NCBI GenBank assembly: GCA_015059195.1
Contig: SVAW01000002.1
Coordinates: 31,304 to 95,303 of the forward strand
Direction: 5' to 3'
Source: Bacillota bacterium
GTDB taxonomy: Bacteria > Bacillota_I > Bacilli_A > RF39 > UBA660
Length of the DNA stretch: 64,000 bases
Shown here: piece after piece, positions 49,166 through 56,130 of the stretch
How positions within the stretch are numbered: position 1 is the stretch's first letter
Layout of the letters: each line of letters begins with the position of its first letter
Translations under genes and position numbers: made by a program
The notes under the pieces: generated by a model
What the model was told of the DNA's origin: nothing
What the model saw: only the letters and a program-made list of their open reading frames with translations
The model's database searches: none

Positions 49166-49552
49166 TTAAGCTCTACAATCTAAAACTTCATTTCCTTCTG
49201 CATCATATGCATCTGCAGTCTCAGAAGAAACACCATTAATTAAACAGCTAATACAGTTCCATACTTTTGTTTCCTTACTAGCAACTAAATTGAACACTAC
49301 TTGAACAATCATTACTACAAAGAACACTAAAGCAGCAGACAATAATCTTTTTAAGAATGTTTGTTGTGACTTTTTAATTTCATCTTCTTTTTGGGCCATT
49401 ACAGCCTTCCCTAAATCTAACATACCAAATATAATTAATAATACTGGTACTCCGATTTTAATTAGTGTAACTATCAAACTAACGATATTAGGAATCATTA
49501 TGTCCATAGTTAAAATACCATTACCACATTGAATACTGTCTAAAATATACAT
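49166..49552 (-). CDS. VirB2/TrbC-like two-helix pilin-like protein, copy A
   Basis: 128 aa and a tandem paralog of copy B. A core of about 110 nt is nearly identical at the DNA level. The RBS is AAGGAGGA. Confidence 0.6.
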   Translation of the reverse strand: MYILDSIQCGNGILTMDIMIPNIVSLIVTLIKIGVPVLLIIFGMLDLGKAVMAQKEDEIKKSQQTFLKRLLSAALVFFVVMIVQVVFNLVASKETKVWNCISCLINGVSSETADAYDAEGNEVLDCRA

Positions 49553-49575
49553 GTTACATCCTCCTTACTAATTAA

Positions 49576-49604
49576 ATCATACTTTATTTAACAATATTTG
49601 TCAA
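49576..49604 (-). promoter_or_regulatory. Internal sigma-A type promoter upstream of the VirB2-like genes
   Basis: Minus strand reads TTGACA, a 17-nt spacer, then TATGAT, within the 63-nt gap after the TadZ-like gene. Confidence 0.55.
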
Positions 49605-49615
49605 TAATATTTAAC

Positions 49616-50581
49616 CTATTGTTTAGAAAAACCAAGTTTTCTTAACAACTCATCTAAAACCCCGTTCTTCTTATGATCGTCAACCGGTGGCATATTAAAG
49701 AAAACATTAATCCTTGATTCATACTCAAAATCTTTTACATCTTTTTCATCTAACATACTAATATTTAGCACAACCGTCTTATTTCTCAATTCGGCTAAAA
49801 TATTTGGTCTAGTCATAATAAGTTTATTTAATTTAACAATAGAAGGTTCAACTAAACAAATTACCTTATGACACATTGCTTCAGCTTGAACGCTATTGTT
49901 TATATCAATCAATATAACATCTTTTTCTTGATGTTTGTTAATAGTATTGCTAACTTGATCTGAATCAACAGATATCATTTGTTTATCATTATAATAAACA
50001 AAGTCGCGTCTATCAACTTCCATCGGCAAAACAACATAGTTTTTCTTTAATTGTTTATACATCATATAAGTTAAAGTAGTCGCCCCAGAATGATTGGTTA
50101 TGTTTTTAATTCCCAATATCATTGGGCCTGTTCTAGGGGCCTCTACAGTCTCATAACGAGTAATTACTCTTTCTTTAATTTCTTGACCTTCAGGAACTTC
50201 ACCAAATTGTTGATATTGAGCTACATCCCTATAACTATTCGGATTGTTGTACAAATACATTATTCCTTCTTCATTAGTTGTAAAATTATAAATTCCCATC
50301 GAAATCAATTTAGATAAGTATTGAGGAGATGTAGTTTCTGGCGAATTATCTAATAAGAGGATAACTTTACTCATATCTAGTGAAATTGATAGTTTTTGAA
50401 TGTTTTTTACGTCTCGATAATCTTGAATAGAAGTTATATCAAGAATCATTTTATTAAAGAAAAAGGTTTCAAAATTCTTTATTATTTCTTCAACAGGAAA
50501 AATACCGTCTATTCTTCTTATTACCTCAATATCTAAATTAGATAGTAGGTCTTTATATTTATTAGCAACTATTACATTCAT
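49616..50581 (-). CDS. TadZ/CpaE-like protein (receiver-like N-domain plus ParA/MinD-like domain with degenerate P-loop)
   Basis: The N-terminal 120 aa or so show an alternating beta/alpha receiver-like pattern (VIVAN...MILDITS...VILLLDN). The C-terminal part ILGIKNITNHSGATTLTYMM occupies the position of the KGGxGKT P-loop but lacks the Lys and Gly residues. The gene sits inside a tad locus. Confidence 0.4.
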   Translation of the reverse strand: MNVIVANKYKDLLSNLDIEVIRRIDGIFPVEEIIKNFETFFFNKMILDITSIQDYRDVKNIQKLSISLDMSKVILLLDNSPETTSPQYLSKLISMGIYNFTTNEEGIMYLYNNPNSYRDVAQYQQFGEVPEGQEIKERVITRYETVEAPRTGPMILGIKNITNHSGATTLTYMMYKQLKKNYVVLPMEVDRRDFVYYNDKQMISVDSDQVSNTINKHQEKDVILIDINNSVQAEAMCHKVICLVEPSIVKLNKLIMTRPNILAELRNKTVVLNISMLDEKDVKDFEYESRINVFFNMPPVDDHKKNGVLDELLRKLGFSKQ

Positions 50582-50595
50582 AAGTTCCTCCTTTA

Positions 50596-51012
50596 TTAAC
50601 CAAAAACTTTTGTCTCTCCATATACGGGGATATTAATATAGCCTCCAATTATTGGAAAATCAAAATACATATATGCAATTACTTTATAATATTTTCCTCT
50701 GTGCGAATTATAAGTATAAATGCAATATAAATAATCTGTTCCGTGATATGTTTCACTTGTAGAACCCTCCATAGTTGGACAAGTCCTACCATTATTATAT
50801 CGGTAGCCAATATCGCTCAAGGTATTATTAATATCAGCATTAATAATACCGCCGGAAAAATCTCCATCATGATGCTCAATAACATCTATAATTCGATTCT
50901 TTACCCTAAAGGCTTTTGTATAACTTATTGATGTAACCAATAAAGCCATTACAACAACAAGAAATATTATCATTATATTCATTAACATAGCATTACCTGT
51001 TGCTGCTTTCAT
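50596..51012 (-). CDS. Minor pilin-like protein (TadE/TadF position), paralog 2
   Basis: N-terminus MKAATGNAMLMNIMIIFLVVVMALLV. It shares YTKAFRVKNRIIDVIE, YCIY and MYFDFPIIGGYINIPVYGET with the neighbouring 138-aa ORF. Confidence 0.5.
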   Translation of the reverse strand: MKAATGNAMLMNIMIIFLVVVMALLVTSISYTKAFRVKNRIIDVIEHHDGDFSGGIINADINNTLSDIGYRYNNGRTCPTMEGSTSETYHGTDYLYCIYTYNSHRGKYYKVIAYMYFDFPIIGGYINIPVYGETKVFG

Positions 51013-51023
51013 TTTACACCCCT

Positions 51024-51440
51024 TTATCCTAATTTTCTTATAGTGGCAGTCTTAGTATACACAGGTATTCTAAAAAGCCTACCTACTATTGGAAAATCAA
51101 AAGTCATATAAGTTGTAACACCATAAGAGTATACATTCCCCTCGTCAAAACGGTAAACACAATACCCCTCAGCGCCAGCTGCTCCACTTATTGCAGCCTG
51201 TCCATCCTTATTGGGACAATTAATACTATATTTTTGATATCCATAACTAGTTATAATATCGCGTATACTTTGTATAGAATAAGCATTGTATCCCTCATTT
51301 GTTTCTATCGTGTTAACAATTTTGCTGTTAACGCGATAAGCTTTCGAATAACCAATAATTCCCATAATAGCAAAAAAAGATATAGCTATAAAAACTATAA
51401 TTATATTTAACAAAAATGTATAACTAATACTTTCTTTCAT
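51024..51440 (-). CDS. Minor pilin-like protein (TadE/TadF position), paralog 1
   Basis: It has an N-terminal hydrophobic helix and shares YSKAYRVNSKIVNTIE, YCVY and MTFDFPIVGRLFRIPVYTKT with paralog 2. Confidence 0.5.
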   Translation of the reverse strand: MKESISYTFLLNIIIVFIAISFFAIMGIIGYSKAYRVNSKIVNTIETNEGYNAYSIQSIRDIITSYGYQKYSINCPNKDGQAAISGAAGAEGYCVYRFDEGNVYSYGVTTYMTFDFPIVGRLFRIPVYTKTATIRKLG

Positions 51441-51463
51441 AGCTTATCTCCCTGTTTTTGTAA

Positions 51464-51682
51464 TTATGGACATAGTGTATCTACAGTCGCCATATCATTA
51501 GCCCATCCTGCAACACCTGTACAGCTTCCATTTTCCCAGACTCCACCTAATGATTGACAACAAGCAGAACGTTTTGTAGAATTTACTACACTAGTAATAA
51601 TTGGTGTTGCAATAGCAGCAACTACACCGATTAATACTAATGTAATTACAGTCATATTTGCTTCTCCAGCAGCTTCTTTCAT
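51464..51682 (-). CDS. Flp-like major pilin candidate, Cys-rich C-terminus
   Basis: 72 aa reading MKEAAG/EANMTVITLVLIGVVAAIATPIITSVV followed by a 4-Cys tail. It lies directly after tadC and has its own strong promoter. Confidence 0.5.
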   Translation of the reverse strand: MKEAAGEANMTVITLVLIGVVAAIATPIITSVVNSTKRSACCQSLGGVWENGSCTGVAGWANDMATVDTLCP

Positions 51683-51716
51683 TTATTTCACCACCGTTCT
51701 TATTTTAATTAACTAA

Positions 51717-51745
51717 ATTATATCATATTTTTTTATTTTTGTGAA
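51717..51745 (-). promoter_or_regulatory. Internal promoter upstream of the Flp-like pilin gene
   Basis: Minus strand reads TTCACA, a 17-nt spacer, then TATAAT, with an extended -10 (TGATATAAT). Confidence 0.55.
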
Positions 51746-52528
51746 CTAAATATTAAGCATTGACATCATTGAGACTAAAAGAAGAACTACAATGCCTCCA
51801 CCCGTAACCATTAACATAGTCATCGTTTTCTTTTCCATTGTCTCTAGTCTATCCTTATATTTTTGCTCTCTCGCCTTGTTTTGCAAAGACGAAATAGTCT
51901 TAGAAAACATAATTAACTGTTCCTGTTTTTCTTCTTGAGAACCTAATCCAAGTCGGTATAGTAACCTCATCATTCGCATTGAATCTCGAACTGGATATCT
52001 ATGCGCAAATTCCATATAAGGATCTACGGATGAATCCCCAGCCTCGATTTTATCAACCAATTTAATTAAGCCCTCTTTAAAAATATCTGGCGCAGTTGAA
52101 ACCGAGCGACGAAGCGCTACTGGCACAGTATAATGTTGAATCAATATTTCTAAACTCTTTAAATAATAAGGCAACATTAAATCAATATTATATAAATTTC
52201 TTTTATAATAAGTTTTAAGCTGCATATATGGCATCTTAAATACGAAATACGCAACAATTAAACACACCAATAAATATACAAAACTCATTTGACTTAACAA
52301 TAATATAAAAATAGCAAAGAATGCGATCAATGCATTTCTAACTCTATCACCAAACAATTTCTTTGTATCTAAATCTTTACCATACTTTACAGTAAGTAAA
52401 AACTCATAATCTTCTTCCTTTAAAAAAGCAAAATATGGTTGCGTTTCTGTAATAAATTTTTTAGAATCCAATCGTTTGTTTACAATAAGCATCAAAATAA
52501 TAATAGCACCAATTATAATAAAAACCAT
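51746..52528 (-). CDS. tadC: TadC-like platform protein (T2SS-F family)
   Basis: Membrane topology, the T2SSF-like soluble domain (...APDIFKEGLIKLVDKIEAGDSSVDPYMEFAHRYP...) and position all fit TadC. Its start overlaps the tadB stop (TAATG). Confidence 0.7.
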   Translation of the reverse strand: MVFIIIGAIIILMLIVNKRLDSKKFITETQPYFAFLKEEDYEFLLTVKYGKDLDTKKLFGDRVRNALIAFFAIFILLLSQMSFVYLLVCLIVAYFVFKMPYMQLKTYYKRNLYNIDLMLPYYLKSLEILIQHYTVPVALRRSVSTAPDIFKEGLIKLVDKIEAGDSSVDPYMEFAHRYPVRDSMRMMRLLYRLGLGSQEEKQEQLIMFSKTISSLQNKAREQKYKDRLETMEKKTMTMLMVTGGGIVVLLLVSMMSMLNI

Positions 52529-53430
52529 TATTCAGCACCTACATTCTCATTATAATATTTTTCACCACTAAGTAAAAAATAAGTATTCACAATTAAGATT
52601 CCATGCAATAAAAGTTGAATTCCAATATCATCAAGCAGTCCTATATAAGTTGAAACTCCTAGCAAAAACTGGACTAACATAACCATCAAATATAAGACAA
52701 CTCCAAATTGAACAAATTTTTTGTGAAACGCTGCACGATCAATTCGATCTCGATACACATTTTCTACTAGCATATCTATATCTAATGACATATTTTCCAA
52801 AGCCTCACTCGAATCTTTCGCACCTTCATTAGTAATTTGCAAAAACAATTGATGCATATTTCTAACTACATAATAATTATACTTTGTATTCATAAACTGT
52901 ATTGACTGATCAATAGTTCCGTTTTGATAGGCCATATCTATCATAATTTTCACATCTGTCTTAAAAGGATCTTCTAAAACATCTGACTCGTATACTCCCT
53001 CTAAAGCCTTAACAAAACTTTGAGTTGTAGCAAATTCCATAATTGTATTTGTAGTATATACCTGAACCTGTTCAAAAATAAATTCGCTATATATTCTCTT
53101 ACATCTCAAATAAGCTAAATAAGGAACAACCAGTACTGCAGCTGCAGAATAAATTATAGAAATAATTATATTGTAAAAATACAAATACGATACACCAAAA
53201 GCTGCTGCGGCAAAAATTAAAGCCTGAGTTGCATATTGTTTAGGTGTATACTCTTGTCCTAACTCTTTTACCTTGGCCCTTACTTCTTTAAAAGAATATG
53301 GGGCATATTTGTTATAAACATTGCCAACGCCTGTAATTATATATTTATATACATTTTTACCAGCATTCTTTCGATAAACTATTACAAATATCATTACCAA
53401 TGCTATAACAATAAATATAACTTTATCCAT
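52528..53430 (-). CDS. tadB: TadB-like platform protein (T2SS-F family)
   Basis: 300 aa with an N-terminal TM segment, a central soluble domain and C-terminal TM helices. It lies directly downstream of the TadA ATPase. Confidence 0.65.
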   Translation of the reverse strand: MDKVIFIVIALVMIFVIVYRKNAGKNVYKYIITGVGNVYNKYAPYSFKEVRAKVKELGQEYTPKQYATQALIFAAAAFGVSYLYFYNIIISIIYSAAAVLVVPYLAYLRCKRIYSEFIFEQVQVYTTNTIMEFATTQSFVKALEGVYESDVLEDPFKTDVKIMIDMAYQNGTIDQSIQFMNTKYNYYVVRNMHQLFLQITNEGAKDSSEALENMSLDIDMLVENVYRDRIDRAAFHKKFVQFGVVLYLMVMLVQFLLGVSTYIGLLDDIGIQLLLHGILIVNTYFLLSGEKYYNENVGAE

Positions 53431-53441
53431 AATATACCCTC

Positions 53442-54569
53442 CTATTCAAATATAATATCTATATCATCACTTATATGTATTATAGAATCATCCTCATCTT
53501 CTAAAATATTATTTCGAACAATCGCGTCTGGTGCAATATTAACCCCTTGTGCAGATAAATACTCTAACAAATATTTACTAGGATTATTTCTATATACTTT
53601 TCCATCTATGCCTTTTTTATAAATAGTGTTATGCTTTGCTTCATTTGTTTTATCATCAACATAAAACTCAGTTACTTCACCTATTTCACGTACAAACCTA
53701 CCGGTTTGTTTGCTTTGATAACCCCTAATCATAACGCCTAATTGTACATATCTATGAATAGTTTTTAAAAACTGTTCAACATCTTGGTTAGTTTCAAGCA
53801 AACTATACATACGCATAGGTATTGATGAAGCCTTATCAGCGTGTATAGTAGATAAAATGTTGTGCCCTGAAGAAATTGAATTTCTTACAGCCATAACCGC
53901 TTCAGCACTACGCACCTCAGAAAGCAATATCCATTTTGGATTTTGTCTCATACAGGTTACAAGTACATCAGAATATGAAGCAATATTATTTGTTTTCATT
54001 GCTACTATATCCCGATGTGGAAATATCCTATCTAAGTGAAGTTCCAATGTATCTTCAATAGTAATAATTTTTTCATTTTCTCTAATATGTGAGCCCAAAT
54101 ATTTAACAAACTCTGTTTTTCCAGAACCAGTCTCCCCACATACTAAAATATTGCAGTGCCCCTCTACGCACTTTATTAAAAAGTCATGAATTTCTAACGT
54201 AATGTAGTTTTCAGCCAAAATTTTTTCTTTTTGCAATCTTATTTTAGCAGGAGTTTTACGCAAAACCACTGCTATTCCATTTTTAGCGATAGATTCATGA
54301 ACAAAATTTAGACGCAACTCTGCGCTTTCCGCATCCAAAAAAGGATGTGCCATGTTAAAGGTTGTTCCCATAACATTGGAACATTGAAAAGCCAATTTTT
54401 CCATAAAGCTATCATTTATATTCGGATTTTCGATTCTAAAAATACCGTGGGATAGTGTTTTTAACCAAATTTGTCCCCCATTACTATAAGAAATATCCGT
54501 TACGTCATCATTTTCTAAATACTGTTTTAATGGCCCGAAATCTATCTGGGAAAAAAATGTATCTTCCAT
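53442..54569 (-). CDS. tadA: TadA/CpaF-family secretion ATPase
   Basis: Walker A VCGETGSGKTEF, Asp box ITIEDTLEL, Walker B ILLSEVRSAEA and His box GHNILSTIHA. Confidence 0.88.
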   Translation of the reverse strand: MEDTFFSQIDFGPLKQYLENDDVTDISYSNGGQIWLKTLSHGIFRIENPNINDSFMEKLAFQCSNVMGTTFNMAHPFLDAESAELRLNFVHESIAKNGIAVVLRKTPAKIRLQKEKILAENYITLEIHDFLIKCVEGHCNILVCGETGSGKTEFVKYLGSHIRENEKIITIEDTLELHLDRIFPHRDIVAMKTNNIASYSDVLVTCMRQNPKWILLSEVRSAEAVMAVRNSISSGHNILSTIHADKASSIPMRMYSLLETNQDVEQFLKTIHRYVQLGVMIRGYQSKQTGRFVREIGEVTEFYVDDKTNEAKHNTIYKKGIDGKVYRNNPSKYLLEYLSAQGVNIAPDAIVRNNILEDEDDSIIHISDDIDIIFE

Positions 54570-54570
54570 A

Positions 54571-55374
54571 CTATGCTCCCGGCGTAATATTATTATCTAT
54601 TTCATTAGGCAAATTAACAGTATTAGCATTTATAAAATCTTTTAGATACTGAGTGCTTACTTTAGTTTCTCCAACCGCCTCAACAGTTCCACCATGAGGT
54701 ACAGGGAATAATTCCACAGCATAAGAATATAAATATTCTGCTTTTCTTAATAATAAATGAATCTCATTGTTAACTCCAAATATAAAATATGCCGGTGTTC
54801 TATTTTCTGTAGTATTTTCAAACACATGTCGCCCATTAGCATCTTTAACAGATAAAACTTCTACATTTTCTAATAGTTTCCCAACCATTACTTTTCCACT
54901 GTCATCAATCGCCTTCATATAAATATCAACTTTATTTCCCGGAACAATTGAATTTCCGTAAGTAGTTTCCATATTTACTGAAAATTGATAAGGGATATCT
55001 CCTTCCTTGATATCAACAAATGCAGAATCTGGCATTTCATCAGCAGTTACTAACACATTGCTAAAAAACATACTTCCTTCTGGAATTACAGTGTTATAGT
55101 TCGCATACTTACCAACAATTAAACGTGATGCAGTAACAACCTTTTTAGTTACTGCAGCAGCAGGCATCTCCACATATTCAATCATATTTTCTGTAATCAA
55201 CGTTCTTGGTTGGATTTCTTGTGCTGCCACCGGAACTCTAACCGGTTTTACTTGGGTATTAATCTGACTAGTATAGCCAAAATATAGTAACCCAACAATC
55301 ACAATGACTCCTAAAATTGTAATTGTATTCTTATTCATAAAAAATCTTTTTAAAGCATTTCCAAATCCTCTCAT
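54571..55374 (-). CDS. cpaB: CpaB/RcpC-like Flp pilus assembly protein
   Basis: N-terminal TM segment, SAF-like segment VRVPVAAQEIQPRTLITENMIEYVEMP and RcpC-like segment IVPGNKVDIYMKA...LLENVEVLSVKD. Confidence 0.75.
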   Translation of the reverse strand: MRGFGNALKRFFMNKNTITILGVIVIVGLLYFGYTSQINTQVKPVRVPVAAQEIQPRTLITENMIEYVEMPAAAVTKKVVTASRLIVGKYANYNTVIPEGSMFFSNVLVTADEMPDSAFVDIKEGDIPYQFSVNMETTYGNSIVPGNKVDIYMKAIDDSGKVMVGKLLENVEVLSVKDANGRHVFENTTENRTPAYFIFGVNNEIHLLLRKAEYLYSYAVELFPVPHGGTVEAVGETKVSTQYLKDFINANTVNLPNEIDNNITPGA

Positions 55375-55402
55375 TATATTCCACCCTTTCTATTCTAAAC
55401 AC

Positions 55403-55431
55403 ATTATAAATTATTTTTATTTTCTCGTCAA
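55403..55431 (-). promoter_or_regulatory. Strong sigma-A type promoter upstream of cpaB
   Basis: Minus strand reads TTGACG, a 17-nt spacer, then TATAAT, followed by the RBS AAAGGGTGG. Confidence 0.65.
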
Positions 55432-55465
55432 CTCTTTATATCTTTTATTTCCCAACTTGACACAG

Positions 55466-56122
55466 TTAAAAATCAAATCTATCTTTCCTATCTTTAATAA
55501 TTATTATAGAGATACAGATAATGATGATCGCAGTAGAAATATATATATAATTATTTGCCCAAAAGTTACCTATAATATATATCCAATTATCTTCCGGATC
55601 TTTTTCTGTAATAATCTCTTCATCAGGTTTCTTTTTATGATTTTTTACCAATTCCACCAATTCATCGTAACTAATATTACCTGTCTCTGCCCATTTTTGA
55701 CAATATAAATAATCACTTGCATCACTGCAAATAGGTTCTTTGTAATATTTGTTATATTTAGGTAATGTAACATACAAAGTATTATATACTCGATAAGGAC
55801 AACTGCTGTTATTAGCATATACATCAAATTTGTAACTAACACCATCTTTTAGATTAGTAATAGTGAAATTATTTAATTTGTTTAGTTTGCTTGTATAACG
55901 TTTCCCGGTATTATTATCTACTACAATTAAGTCAGAATGCACATTATGAATAGTAACACTAAATGTTACACCACTATCTTTTTCAACATAATCATAACTG
56001 GTTACAATACTTGAAGCTAAAGAAGAGTATCTAAGTTTCTCTTCAGTAGTACAATATCCTTTAATTTGTATAGGGAAAAATATTACTAAAAGAAAAATTA
56101 TTATTTTAATTGCTTTTTTCAT
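55466..56122 (-). CDS. Secreted protein with C-terminal TM anchor
   Basis: Signal peptide MKKAIKIIIFLLVIFFPIQIKG, a domain of about 150 aa with 4 Cys, an acidic linker, then a C-terminal hydrophobic anchor and KDRKDRFDF. Confidence 0.5.
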   Translation of the reverse strand: MKKAIKIIIFLLVIFFPIQIKGYCTTEEKLRYSSLASSIVTSYDYVEKDSGVTFSVTIHNVHSDLIVVDNNTGKRYTSKLNKLNNFTITNLKDGVSYKFDVYANNSSCPYRVYNTLYVTLPKYNKYYKEPICSDASDYLYCQKWAETGNISYDELVELVKNHKKKPDEEIITEKDPEDNWIYIIGNFWANNYIYISTAIIIICISIIIIKDRKDRFDF

Positions 56123-56130
56123 AAATCCTC

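Noticed and set aside
51464-51682. The 72-aa Cys-rich peptide as a bacteriocin or lantibiotic-type precursor
   Set aside because: No modification, transport or immunity genes of bacteriocin type lie nearby. Its long central hydrophobic helix and its position right after tadC fit a Flp-type pilin better.
53442-54569. The 375-aa ATPase as the VirB11 component of the T4SS half
   Set aside because: VirB11 and CpaF are related and cannot be rigorously separated by eye. The gene is flanked by CpaB and by two T2SS-F (TadB/TadC) genes, so the TadA/CpaF assignment is favoured. An HMM comparison would settle it.
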